From Octopus sinensis (lineage: Eukaryota): 64,000 bases of DNA. Made by a program: the position numbers and the translations under genes. The notes beneath the pieces are model-generated. The model saw only the letters and a list, made by a program, of their open reading frames with translations, was not told the DNA's origin and did not search any database. The stretch covers positions 70,556,001-70,620,000 of the forward strand of contig NC_043004.1 of the NCBI RefSeq assembly GCF_006345805.1, in the 5' to 3' direction. Below, piece after piece: positions 50,612 to 63,823 of the stretch (positions within the stretch are counted from its first letter, which is position 1; every line of letters begins with the position of its first letter).

Positions 50612-52253
50612 AAATTGAGTGGACAAACAAAAGAAAGAGCTAAGTTCCAGTGACATGCCTAAGTTACATGGGGCCAAATTAAATTGTTTTAAATAATGTG
50701 TGTGTGTGTGTGTGTGTGAGTGTAACATCATCATCGTTTAACGTCTGTTTTTCATGCTGGCATGGGTTGGAGAGTTTGACTGAGGTCTGGAGAGCCAGCA
50801 GCTGCACCAGGCTCCAATCTGATCTGCTAATGTTTCTACAGCTGGATGCCCTTCCTAATGCCAACCACTCCAAGAGTGTAGAGGGTGTATATTATCAATA
50901 GTTTATATGTCTGAAAGAGAAGCACACTCTAAAAAAAATTGGAGCAGTAATATATATTTTTCAGAAAGTTAAACGTTATGGCTGGTCACAGAGTGACCAC
51001 TAGTTTTGCACTCATGAAGCATTTAGCAGTATAGGTGACTCGTCAGACTCAAATGGCTGAAGGTGTATAACCTCTCTACAACTGGAGGAAGAAATGCATC
51101 GTGGTCAGTTAATATTTTATTTTGTTGGCTTTCGTGCATTAAACTGCCAAGTTACAAGACCTTAATATGTGTCACAGCTACTTAAGTGGAGCTAATAGTG
51201 AAATTTGATCCTTGCTTGTTAATAAACTGGAAAACGAAGATGAGTTTTGAGTCCAGCTGATGATCTACAGCTTTTACCAAAGCTTTCACATAAATGTCTC
51301 TTCCCTGTTAAATACTGAGCAGAATCATGACATTTAATATTATGTGTAATATGGTTCTTTTCAAATGAGCAAAAAGAGATTACATTTATATCATGATTAG
51401 CAAGTATACTCTTTCGTTCACATATCCTTGAATAGCTTTCATCAATCTGAGACCATGATGCAAGGTGTTGCCCAGCTCCAGTATTGTTTCCAGTGACATA
51501 TGTTTATACAGAGGACCAAGTTGACAACAGGCTTAGCAGAAGACATATATTATTAGCATGTCTCCCCACAAGGTCACCCAAACAAACAAAACTGGTTGCA
51601 GCTATATGCTGTCAACAAACTGTTCTTAAATTTCTCTCTATATGGGATTGCTGGTTCTCGTAGGCCCTTGTGGCTAATAAAAGAATTATTATTTTAGTAT
51701 TTTTATTATAAGATGAAGGTGTGGCTGTGTGGTAAGAAGCTTTTTTCCCAACCACATGGTTCCAGGTTCAGCCCTACTGCACAGCACCTTGGACAAGTGT
51801 CTTCTACTATAGCCTCAGGCCAATCAAAGCTTTATGAGTGCATTTGATAGACAGAAACTGAAAGAAGCCCATCATATGCATGTATATATGTGTGTGAGCG
51901 TATGTATGTATTTGTGTGTGTGTGTGTGTGTGCGTGGACGCGCGTGCGTCAGAATTTGTTCCCAGCACCACTTACAACTCGTGTTGGTGTATTTAAGTCC
52001 CTGTAACTTAGCAGGTTGGCAAAAGAGATCAATGGAATAAGTATCAGGCTTATAAAAAGAACAAAAGCACTGGGGTCAATTCATTCGACTAAAAATTCTC
52101 CAGGTTGGTGCCCCATCATGTCCGTAGTCTAATGACTGAAACATGTAAAAGACAAAAGGTAAAAGATTATTATTATTGCTGCTGCTGTTGTTATTGTTGT
52201 TGTTGTTATTATTATTATCATTATTGTTGTTATTATTATTATTATTATTATTA

Positions 52254-52720
52254 TTGAGTGAGAGAACAGTGCATGCCATCAAAGTGACACTGGGGTAAAA
52301 TATACAAAGCCCAGTATACCCATCATGACTACCCGTCTGATAAGGGTACACCAGGCACATGCATTACAACCATATGTGCGCGACATGGTGATCTCATATC
52401 AAGATAAACAGCACATGACCTTGTAGGTGGGGCCTAGTTAGAATTTTCTTCAGGTTGAGTAGCCCATCCCGCTCAAACGGTCCCTGAGTAAGGGTTGTTT
52501 AAGGATGTTCAATGAAACACCCATGTTTCCAGAGGTGAATTATTCAAACCCCAAAGAATCCCTCTCAACACATGGCTATGATGCTCCCCTACTATTTCTG
52601 CTCGTGATCGGTGATGCACATATCATCAGCCACTAAGGGACATGCTCAACTGGTTACGGTCAAACAACTGACAAGCAAATCTGTGGTATTGAGCAGAATA
52701 TTTGCTGTAGCCTCTCTTTT
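52254..52720 (-). mobile_element. ~480-bp unclassified element embedded in (ATT)n (copy 2)
   Basis: Reverse-complement homolog of 43244-43731. Confidence 0.8.
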
Positions 52721-53084
52721 TATTATTATTATTATTATTATTACTACTACTACTACTACTACTACTAAGGCAGCAAGCTGGCAGAATTGTTAGCACACTG
52801 GGCAAAATGCTTAGCAGCTTTTCATGTCTTTACATTATGTGTTCAAATTCCACCGAGGTCAACTTTGCCTTTTATCTTTTCAGGGTCAGTAAAATAAGTA
52901 ACAGCGAAACACTGGGGTTGATCTAATCGATTATCCTCCCCCCCCCAAATTTCAGACCTTGTACCCACAGTAGAAAGGATTATCATTATTATTATTACCA
53001 CAATTATTATTATTTGTGTCTCATCTATCAACCTGTAATTCAGACTGAGAGTCCTATGAGTCAGTTCCAAATCTAAAACCATGT

Positions 53085-53468
53085 GGAAGCACTCCGTCGG
53101 TTACGACGACGAGGGTTCCGGTTGATCCGAATCTACGTAACAGCCTGCTCGTGAAATTAATGTGTAAGTGGCTGAGCACTCCACAGACATGTGTACCCTT
53201 AATGTAGTTCTCGGAGATATTCAGCATGACACAGAGAGTGACAAGGCCGGCCCTTTGAAATACAGGTACAACAGAAACAGGCAGTAAGAGTGAGAGAAAG
53301 TTGTGGTCAAAGAGTATAGCAGGGATCACTACCATCCCTACCGGAGCCTCGTGGAGTTTTAGGTGTTTTTCGCTCAATAAACACTCACAACGCCCGGTCT
53401 GGGAATCGAAACCGCGATCCTATGACCGCGAGTCCGGTGCCCTAACCACTGGACCATTGCGCCTCCAC
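53085..53468 (-). mobile_element. SINE family C, young, 10-bp TSD
   Basis: Head GGAGGCGCAATGGTCCAGTGGTTAGGGCACCGGACTCGCGGTC...GGTTTCGATTCCC; TSD AAAACCATGT at 53075-53084 and 53469-53478, within a SINE A fragment. Confidence 0.9.
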
Positions 53469-53960
53469 AAAACCATGTAGCTGACAAGCAAATGTGCAAA
53501 CATCTTAACCACACAGACATGCCTGTGGCTACAAGAGCTTGGGACTATAATACTTCACCTCTCAGCAGCTACCTTCGATTCCATGGCTACATTAAAATTC
53601 AAACCATCAACTCAAACAGTCAACTACTATCTTGCTTATTGACAGCTTGTTCCATTTCTTAGTCTTCTTTTTAAAAAATCTATAGAAACAAGTTGATGAT
53701 ATTTTATAAAAAATACAGGAAATTTGTTTTTACTCTACCACCGCCTTCTTCGCAGCCACAGATAAGCCTGTTATATGTTTGTTTTCTAATTGTTCTTGTA
53801 GTTGTTTTAGTTACTGTTGTTGTCATTATTTTTATTCATTTTTTTTCTTTTTTCATTTTAAAGAAATTTACAACAAAACTTGTCAACTTACTGATTTTAT
53901 ACAGAGTAAAAAAGTTGTGTATTTAGTATTTAGTCAATTTAGTAAGATAACATAGATTGA

Positions 53961-53995
<35 letters not shown>

Positions 53996-54164
53996 ATAGA
54001 TAAATAAATAAATATATATATAAATATATAAATAAATGAATTTATAACACACTGAAATAATCATTTATCTGACATAAAATATCTGGTTTCTGTAATCTGA
54101 AATTTTCCTACTTTGACATTTTATTGAGATTCAAGAATAATACAGAAATCATGTAAATTATCTC

Positions 54165-54218
54165 ATTTTCATCATCATCATCATCATCATCATCATCGGC
54201 ACTACCACCACCACCACC

Positions 54219-54252
<34 letters not shown>

Positions 54253-54277
54253 TCACCACCACCATCAGCAGCAGCAG

Positions 54278-54321
<44 letters not shown>

Positions 54322-54592
54322 CCACCACCATCATCAGCAGCAGCAGCAGCACCACCACCACCACCACCACCATCATCACCACCACCATCATCAGCAGCAC
54401 CACCACCACCATCATCAGCAGCAGCAGCACCACCACCACCACCACCACCACCACCACCACCACCATCATCAGCAGCAGCAGCAGCAGCACCACCACCACC
54501 ACCACCACCACCACCACCACCATCATCAGCAGCAGCACCACCACCACCACCACCACCACCACCACCACCACCACCATCATCATCATCAGCAG

Positions 54593-54623
<31 letters not shown>

Positions 54624-54745
54624 TTCATCATCATCATCACCACCACCATCATCATCATCATCTTCATCATCATCATCATCACCAGCGCCAACACCAACAC
54701 CACCACCACCATCTTCATCATCATCATCACCATCACCATCATCTT
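54165..54745. repeat. Mosaic CAT/CAC/CAG triplet repeat (~580 bp)
   Basis: Triplet register is kept throughout, so the minus-strand ORF 54158..54742 is open for 194 codons. Confidence 0.95.
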
Positions 54746-55261
54746 TTTACCTCAGCTTTTTCCATGCTGGTAATAGACTGGATGGGTCATCATGAACCAA
54801 GTCAGTTTTATATTCAGAGTTACTAACAGGTCTAGACAGGTTGGAGACCACATCTCACTCATACTTCCCGTTTCTCTTTTTTCTTTTTTTTTTTATTGCC
54901 ATGGTTACTTTAACTAAATGCCCTTCAAATACTAAGCAGTCTTTAGAGTGTACTGGATGCATTTCAATATGGCACCAGCAGACATGACCTACCCTCATCA
55001 GAAACACATGCTTTGTTATGACAAGGTTCTTAACCAAATCTTACAACAGAAAACTAAACCATTTGTTTTATTTGATAATATATCTAATAAGATATATTTG
55101 GCTGCAGGTATGACTTTGTGCTCAAGAACTTTGCTACAGACCCATGGGGTTCAGGGTTCATTCCCACTACGTGGACTTTGTTGGCTGTAGTCTTCTAGTA
55201 TAGCTGCAAGCAGATCAATGCTTCGCATGTGAAATTTGGTACAGTGAAACAGGGAAAAGAG

Positions 55262-55421
55262 CCAGGTGTGGCTATGTGGTAAGAAGCTTGCTTCGCAACC
55301 AGATGGTTCCAGGTTCAGTCCCACTGTGTAGCACCTTGGGCAAGTGTCTTCTACTATAGCCTTGGTCTGACCAAAGCCTTGTAAGTGGATTTGGTGGATG
55401 GAAACTGAAAGAAGCTTATCA

Positions 55422-55487
<66 letters not shown>

Positions 55488-55745
55488 TGTGTGTGTCTGT
55501 GTGTGTCTGTGTGTGTGTCTGTGTGTGTGTGTGTGTTTGTCCCCCCACCACTGCTTGATAACTGGTGCTGGTGAGCTCATGCCCCTGTAACTTAGTGTTT
55601 TGGTAAAAATGATCAATAGTATAAGTATCAAGCTTAAAAAACAGAAACATAAGTCCTGAGAACAATTCATTTGACTAAAAATTCAAGGCAGTGCCCCAGC
55701 ATGGCCACAGTCTAATGACTGAAACAGGTAAAAAAATAAAAGAAT
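55262..55745 (+). mobile_element. SINE family A (diverged) with long (TG)n
   Basis: Head, body and tail recognisable. Confidence 0.8.
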
Positions 55746-56944
55746 ATATATATATATATATATATTTGAGTAGAAAAATGAAATATCTTTTTATGGATAA
55801 TTCGTTTAACCGATACCTGGGTAGCAAATTCACATCAGAAATAGCACGGTTGAAGTTACGTGCCTAGGGCAGAGACTACGTGTTTTCGGGTGGAAATTTG
55901 TGTGTATTTTTATAAAATTTATGAATACATTATCGCTATGCACTCCGGGAGAGCAGTCATCTAAAAGTTTTTGTGAATCTTGATGTTAACATAAATTCCT
56001 TGTTTTTCCTGATGAGAAAGCGGCATAATGTACTCCTTATTCTTCCACAATTAGGAATATGCAGCCTTCAAAACATATGTCGAAAATAAAGGAAATTTGT
56101 TAATTTGTCGTTCAACTCCATTTTTTCAGTTATTCATAAATTTTATATATATATATATATATATATACATTCTTTTACTTTGACTGCAGCCGTACTGGAT
56201 TATTCTAAAATCAGAAGTTTCTATCATAGAGCCAAGGGAGCCTCGGGCAGGTCGGTATTAAAGAAGTTGATATCCTTCAAATCTTAATCTTAGCCCTGCA
56301 ACCATAAAAATGATACAAAGGATATGCTGGATAATATAGTTGGAGAAATATTATGTCTGAAAAAACTTTATGGGATGGTCATGGTTGGAACATCTTCGAT
56401 TATAGGTCTGCTCAGTCAGAATTGAACAAGGGCTAAACAGCTACAACAATGATAACATAAACATCAGGGTTCACTGTAAATTCTAAATGTTTCCCTAATC
56501 TTCTAAATAGGACTTATGTCCTCCTATAGGAGGACAGATAGATGTAGAGATCAACATCTGGTAAGCTCCCATTGAACTATATCTACATTCTGTCTCTTTT
56601 ACCAATCATTTTTATTTCACTTCATTTACATTATCAATATATTATATGAATATAATGGCGATAAGCTGGTAGAATCATTAGCACACCTGGCAAAATGATT
56701 AGCTGCATCTCATCGGGGTGTGTTTGAATTCTGCTGAGGTCGACTTTACCTTTCATTCTTTTAGGGGTCAATAAAATGCTGGCCTTGTGCCAAAATTTGA
56801 AACAAATATTACTGTAAACAGTAAGGCTGTGGGGTGACAGAATCTTAAGCGCTCTGGGCAAAAAGCTTAATGGCATCTCATCTGACTTTACATTCTGACT
56901 TCAAACTTCACTGAGGTCAACTTTCCCTTTCATTCTTTCAGAGT

Positions 56945-58239
56945 TGTTGTGGCGAGAGTCATTGACACCCCTGGGGAATTGCAAGAATGGACTAGCCAAA
57001 CTCTTATAAAGAGTAGAGGTCAGTAGTAGTCGAGTAGAGAGCATTTTGATAGTTTCACAAAGTACGTCATGTGAACACATTGATTAAACCTCCGCTACCT
57101 AATTTCATATATACCAACCTGTGGCAGGATATAAAAGTGACAATGAGATATTGCATAGGATGTTTAAATGTTTCGTTTTTTTGTACAAAACCAAAGAAAA
57201 AATTATTTAACATGGAAGATTTGTTGGCTTGCATGGTACAGTTGCAGCAGCAGCAGCATCAGTTACAACAACTACAACAGCAGCAACAATACCAACAGTT
57301 ACTGGAGGTAATGAAGAAGTCTGAAAATACTTCAGGTTCATTCTCGTCAGGCAGCGTAGCAAATTAAATTGGAGAATTTACTTATAATCCAGAAGAAAGT
57401 ATAACCCAGCACAACCTGTCGTATTGGTCAGGTTGCCCTTTTGGATTCTACTGGTAACATATAACCCTGTACAACCTGTAGCAAGCACTAGGACATCGAA
57501 AAATTGGTGAAAGGTGGTAGAGGCTGCACACCTGGCAGCCAAAGTACCACCAATAAAATACCTATCATGTTCTGTGTAAAGACAGCAAGTTGGTAGAAGT
57601 GGTTGAAGAGTTTTGCTAGAGGCTGGTAAGAGTCAGTGTAAGTTCCATGTTGAACTTGCACTGAACATGTAAGTTGTTGTAATGGTGGTAGTTGTTCGAA
57701 TTACTGTGTGTTGGTCCTATTGCTAGAATTCTTGTAAGGGTTCAGTTCCCCTGCTCATAATATATTAGTTGTAGCTGTGCAGTGTTAACCAGCTAGAGGA
57801 GATGTCTTCTTGAGGTTAAAAAATTGCACTAAAATCCATTTGAGTGAAAAACAAGTGCTAACAAGAGGGCTTAGTACAAGGAAAAATTGTGTTGTGTGCA
57901 AAAAACAAACAGTGCTACCTAAGAATTGGGTAACAATTACGTTACAACACTGGGCAATGAGTCATCAGGATGTAACAGTGACAATGTAAAAATAAATAAA
58001 AATAATAATATTAACTTCAAATAGGAGTCAATCTCAACAGGGAGATGTTAAAGTGAGAGTCATTGACACCCCTGGGGGACTGGAAGAATGGACTAGCTAA
58101 ACTCTTATAAAGAGTAGAGGTTGGTAGTAGTTGAGTAGAGAGCATTTTGGTAGTTTCATGAAGTATGTCATGTGAACACATTGATTAAACCTCTGCTACC
58201 TAATTCTATACATACCAACCTGTGGCAGGATATAAAAAA
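56945..58239 (+). mobile_element. Internally deleted Ty3/Gypsy element with two ~190-bp LTRs, inserted in SINE B
   Basis: LTRs at 56945-57136 and 58046-~58237 (about 19 mismatches by eye), both starting TGTT. PBS-like GTGACAATGAG, PPT-like ACAGGGAGA, gag start MEDLL...SVAN*IGEFTYNPEESIT, integrase Zn-finger piece DIEKLVKG.RGC/LAAKVPPIK (57492-57569), TSD AG(A/G)GT. Confidence 0.8.
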
Positions 58240-59375
58240 AGGGTCGATAAAGTAAGTGCTAGCTGAACACTGGAGTTGTTGTGATAAACTAACCCCTTCC
58301 CTGAAATTTCTGGCCTTGTGGTATAATTTGAAACCAATGCATTATATGAATATGATGGGTAGGGCATGAATTTTAGCAACTTGAACCTCTGCTTTCTTTG
58401 AAAAGCTTATGATTCACGCTTCCCTTGTAATAATAGGAAACTGCTTTTGTACATGACATCATACATAGCAAGTTAAGCCCAAAACTGGATATTTAGTTAT
58501 GTTTAGCATAAATTTCATGGTTTTTGGCTATGCAAATACAAAAGTGTTCAAGCCTGGAGCGTGTAAGGCTTGTTTTTTGCATATTTCCTGTTTTCCTTGC
58601 AAATTATGAGGAGGAAATAATTCATTGTTTCCAATTATGGTGACCGAGAAAAGCAGAACAATAGAGTTTTACTAATGTAGAATGAGACATCTTTTTTGTT
58701 TGCTTCAAAAGGGTTTAGTCAAATAAATTGACCCCAGTACATATTTTTAAAATTTTAGTACTTATTCTATCAATTTTGACCATAAGTGTGTTCAATCAGA
58801 ACATGGGATTCAACAACAACAACATGTATGCGATAAAATAAAGGAGATCAAATTTAATCAATAAGGCAATCTATTTGATATATTTGATCTTGCACTTTGA
58901 AAATCATTCTACTTTTATCAAAATGAAGATGGCAGATATTCTAACTTTCATTTCACAATTCAATAAGAACATCCAGTTTTTGCTTTATTATCATTCTTTT
59001 TATTATTCTGCCTTTTAACTTTAACCTTTCATCATCATCACCATCACCACAGCCACCACCACCACCATCACCACCACCATCATCATCATCGTCATCATCA
59101 TCACCAACATCATTTTAATGTTCACTTTTCCATGCTCGCATGTGTTGGATGTAATTCATCAAAGCAGATATTTTTATGGCTGGATCCCTTTCCAGTCATC
59201 AATCTTCACCTGTTTCCAAGTAAAGTGACATTTCCCCATGACCAGGGTGTGTTCCCCCCACCCTGGAAGATGGGAGAGGAAGGACACTGCTTGAATAATT
59301 TTGACACTCATTTACAACTACCAGGCAAAGTCAAGATAAGGAAACAGTAACATTGATACACATACACAGACACAG

Positions 59376-59410
<35 letters not shown>

Positions 59411-59865
59411 ACACACACACACACCACACACACACACATATATATATATATATGCACACACACTCATACACACTCACACACACACATGTATACACACACA
59501 CATGTATACACACACACATGTATACACACACACACAACAGGTTTCTTTCAGTTTACATCTACTAAATCCACTCACAAGGCTTTGGTTGGCCCAGGGCTAT
59601 AGTAGAAGACACTTGCTAGAGGTACCATGCAGTGAGACTGAACCTAAAACTGTAAGGTTGGGAAACAAACTATTAACCACACAACCACACTTTTAGGTAT
59701 GTTAATTAATATGTCAGTAATGGTTGGAAAATAATTGTCAAAATAAATCGTTTTTATAAATTGAATTTCCATATTTCTTTTTTAAAAAGACTTTATGATT
59801 CTCAGAAAGTCACTTTTTAACACCTTCTACAGCTCAGCTTATTTTTCAATGAATCACTTGCTAAC

Positions 59866-60416
59866 AACCCCTTAGCATCCAGATTATTCTGTCAAATATA
59901 AAAGGGAAAAGACCCCCCTAGAAAGTTACTCTCTGGGGCACAAGTCCGGGCAAGGTTGTTTATGGAAGACCAGCAGTCACCCATGCACACCAGCCTCCTC
60001 TTTCCATGCCACTGATGTTATCCAAGGGAAAGACAAAGGCCAATACAGCTTGGCACCAGAGATGTTGCAACTCATTTCAACAGCTGAGTGAACTGGAGCA
60101 ACATGAAATAAAGTGTTTTGCTCAAGAACACAACACACAGCCTGGTCCAGGAATTGAACTCACTACCTCATGATTGTGAGCCTGATGCTCTAACCACTGA
60201 GCTAGGTGCTTCCTGTCAAATATAATGCTTATTCTATTCACATTGCATTGGATTAATCAAGCATTATCGTATAGCTTCAAGATTTCAATGATGCGATTTT
60301 CAATTTTTAAAATGACTTTGTAGGATGTGTGCGAGAGGCCAGACCTGGCCTGTTTGAATTTAAAACAGGTAGAATACTTGAGCCAGATTTGGCCAGTTTA
60401 AATGCTAAAGAATTAA
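59866..60416 (-). mobile_element. Second copy of the piggyBac-like MITE with a nested CORE-like SINE (59902-60212)
   Basis: Homologous to 39858-40351; SINE TSD CTGTCAAATATAA at 59889-59901 and 60213-60225. Confidence 0.7.
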
Positions 60417-60656
60417 AGAGTTAAACCTTTTCAAAGTCACTCAGAATTCTGGAAATAGCAGTCAAATTTTCTTAAGAAACATCTTACAATACTTCACTTA
60501 ATTTCTTGATTAATGATCTATGCTTTAATGATGGTTTTTCAAAAGTTATAAGAATAAAAACTTAATAGCTAATTAAGCAAAATAATATCTAAACATTAAT
60601 AATGATTCCTTTGAAACTTAATTACCATAATGCATCTTGATAATGAGTGCATGAGT

Positions 60657-61075
60657 TAGGGCCGGATTAAGACCCATAGAGACCCTAAGCACTTAAAAGG
60701 CTTTGGTGCCCTCAAGTATATGTAAATAGTTCAAAATGTAAACTATGATAAACCATAAAATAAATTTTTATTTTCCAAAATGAAACGAAACTAACAGTAA
60801 GATGGAAAATAATATTTATTTTTGTATGCTTCCACTTTGTTTGTATTTAAAAAAGTTTTCTCCATATTTTTTTTAATTGCAAAATGTTTGATAATATCGC
60901 TAAAATTAATTTTACGTAAAACTTCTGTTTCTATACTTAGTAGAGATAAGACGTTACGAATATTATTTCAGCAAGTTTAAAGTGATTTCTTTTGTGCCAT
61001 AAACCTTTTTCATTTCTGTGGTGCCCCCATCCCTTGATGCCCTAAGCACGTGCTTAATGGGTTAATCCAGTGCTG
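60657..61075. mobile_element. hAT-superfamily MITE with a perfect 8-bp TSD
   Basis: TSD GCATGAGT at 60649-60656 and 61076-61083; TIRs TAGGGCCGGATTAA and TTAATCCAGTGCTG; sub-terminal CCCTAAGCAC at both ends. Confidence 0.85.
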
Positions 61076-61689
61076 GCATGAGTATTTGTTTCTGCTCATT
61101 AAATCATTCAGTTAGTTTGTATGTTGATTTTGTGCATATATATATATATATATATTTCCGTACCAGTGGCATGTAAAAAGCACCAACCAATTGTGGCCGT
61201 TTCCAGCCTCCTCTGGCCCCTGTGCTGGTGGCACATAAAAAGCACCCACTACACTCACGGAGTGCTTGGTGTTAGGAAGGGCATCTCACTGTAGAAACAC
61301 TGTCAGATCAGACTGGAGCCTGGTGCAGCTTCGTGGCTTCCCAGACCCCGGTCAAACTGTCCAACCCATGCTAGCATGGAAAACAGACGTTAAACGATGA
61401 TGATGATGATGATATATATGTAGTCACAGGCATGGTGATATGGTAAGATGCTTGCTTTCCAACCACGTGGTTCTGAGTTCAGTCCCACGGCATGGTACCT
61501 TGGGAAAGTGTCTTCTGCTATAGCCTCAGGTCAACCTAAGCTTTGTGAGTGGATTTGGTAGATGGGAACTGTAAGAAGTCCATCGTGTGTGTGTGTGTGT
61601 GTGTGTGCTTGTGCCTGTGTTTGTCTCATACCACCACTTGACAACAGTGTTGGTGTGCTTACATCCTAGTAACTTAGTGGTTCAGCAAG

Positions 61690-61925
61690 CTAGTTTAGTT
61701 TGGCCATCTTCCCAAATGCTTCAATGATTTCACATGAGCACGCCATCCATCACGGTGCCCCATGCATGTTCTTAATTCGTCAACATTTGTCATTCCACTG
61801 TCCTGAAGCAAGTTGCTCCCTATTGATTCTTCCTTCAACTGACTGCCATAAGACCAGTTGACACACAGGTTCTTCTAAGTGCCTGACTCTTTTCTGCCGA
61901 ATCTTCTCAGTTACTTGGGAGTAGA
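61690..61925 (-). mobile_element. RTE LINE 3' remnant
   Basis: QVTEKIRQKRVR..HLEEPVCQLVLWQSVEGR../NLLQDSGMTNVDELRTCMGHRDGWR...RWPN*. Confidence 0.7.
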
Positions 61926-62030
61926 TCTTGATAAAGCTGCTTGTTTGTTCGGCAAAAGAGACTGACAGCCTAAGTACCAGAGTTGAAAAAAATGTTCTGG
62001 AATCAATTTATTCAACTAAAATTCCTCAAG

Positions 62031-62337
62031 TAGAGGCGCATGGGCTAGTGGTTATAGCAGCAAACTTGCAGTCAAGGGATTGTGGGTCCAAATCTCAGAC
62101 CAGGTGTGTGTGTTTATGAGCAAAACACCTTAGCTCCACATGGCTCGAGCATAAGGTAATGGCGAACTTCTGCTGACTATTTTGCCACATCTTTCTCTCA
62201 CTCTTTCCTCCTGCATCTAGCAGCTCACTTGTAATGGACTGGCATCCCATCCAGGTAGGGAACTTATATGCCAATGAAACCAGGAAACCCTTATGAGCCA
62301 GGCATGGCTCAAGAAGGAACAAACAACAACAACAAAG
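62031..62337 (+). mobile_element. V-like SINE with (AAC)n tail and a 9-bp TSD
   Basis: TSD TTCCTCAAG at 62022-62030 and 62338-62346. Confidence 0.8.
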
Positions 62338-62713
62338 TTCCTCAAGGCAGTGCTCCAGTATGGCCACAATCTAATGACTAAAGCAAGTTAAAAAAAAAAG
62401 ATAAAAGTAACAGTTATTAAATAATGTAAGACACATATCAAGTGTGGATTCTGTCTGCTGGTGAAGAAAGTATAATGAGATGATGTTACCTGTCCACATA
62501 ACTACCTGTATACCACATAAAAGTCCTTATTCTGGTGCCTCATAAAAAGCACCCAGCACATACTGTAAAATTGCTGGGGTTAGGTTGGGCATTCAGCCAT
62601 AGAAACCATGCCAAATCAGACTGGAACCTGTTGCAGCTCTCTGGTTTGCCAGTTCTGGTCAAATCATCCAACTCATGCCAGCATTGAAAACAGATGTTAA
62701 AGGTTGATGATGT

Positions 62714-62744
<31 letters not shown>

Positions 62745-63792
62745 GGTGGTGGTGGATGATACCATAAGCAATTTTCATTATTTTTGCACTAACACACTGT
62801 AATATTTTGACTAGTTTCAAGGCAGCGAGCTGACAGAATTGTTAGCATGCTGGACAAAACGCTTAGTGGTATTTTGTCTGTCCTTACGTTCTGAGTTCAA
62901 ATTTGCCTTTCATTCTTTTGGGGTCAATAAAATAAGTACCAATTGAACACTGGATTCAACTAGCCCCCTTCTCCAAAAAATTGCAGGCCTTGTGCCTATA
63001 AGGGAAAGGACATTTTGACTAGTTTTCAATACTTTATTATTTGTGATAATTTCTGTGCCTAACAAACTTATGTTTATTTGATTTCTCTAGCCTGCAGCAT
63101 GCAATCTTCCATCCATAGTACGACCACATTAGACACATGACAATTTTTTGATAAATTGAAAAACTAAAAAAGTGCATCTTACACACCAGCAAATATGGTA
63201 ATTTACCCTTCCAATTGAGGTCACAAACTTTGCTAATTCTTGCAAGATCTAGCATAATTTAACGTAACATAGCTAATGAAAATAGTTAACAAGTAGAGAG
63301 ATATAAATCTAGATAATTTTTAAAATGATGTAGCGTATTCTAACTGGTTTTCATTGTCAGTAGTTTTACAATTTTAATGAGATGGCCTAATTATACTCCA
63401 TGATAAAATGTCTGGCAAATTTAAGGACTAAATAGATTTGGTAATTCCAGAATAGCCAGTCATTACAATCAAGAGCATGACTGCCATTTATAATATTAAT
63501 TGTACGTAAATTTGCTTCTCACATAATGATCTTTTACTTAATGAGTGGATGTATGGAAGCAATTGAATCATTTAGTTGAGGTATTCTTGTACATTAAACA
63601 ATGGAAATTGGAATTGGAAAAACCAATTTATTTTAGTGACTGGTAGTTTCATTTTAGGATTCTTTAGACTAGTATATATATGTGTGTACATATCTATCTA
63701 TCTATTTATCAATCTATCCACCCATCAATCCATCCATATGTCTGTCCATCCATCTGTCTGTCTGTCTATCTATCAATCTATCTATCTACATA

Positions 63793-63823
<31 letters not shown>

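Larger units (their letters stand above)
61425..62400 (+). mobile_element. SINE A interrupted twice (by an RTE fragment and a V-like SINE)
   Basis: A segments at about 61425-61690, 61935-62030 and 62338-62400. Confidence 0.75.

Noticed and set aside
51042-51060. CUGACGA on the minus strand
   Set aside because: No stem II followed by GAAA.
52590-52635. Hammerhead reading CUGAUGA...GAAA in the 480-bp element
   Set aside because: Stem II lacks a proper closing pair and stems I/III are weak; kept only as part of the broader structured-module finding.
53390-53468. tRNA genes at SINE heads (also 17865, 19430, 25590)
   Set aside because: A/B-box-like heads run directly into SINE bodies, and acceptor stems are incomplete.
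54158-54742. 194-aa hydrophobic M/V/L ORF
   Set aside because: Reverse reading of a CAN triplet repeat; not a credible membrane protein.
17856-62346. Shared target motif for V-like SINE TSDs (AATTCTCCA, TTCCTCAAG)
   Set aside because: Only two examples, and the third copy (19195-19498) does not fit.
63207-63272. Possible 66-nt minus-strand exon
   Set aside because: Weak acceptor and donor, with stops in all frames.
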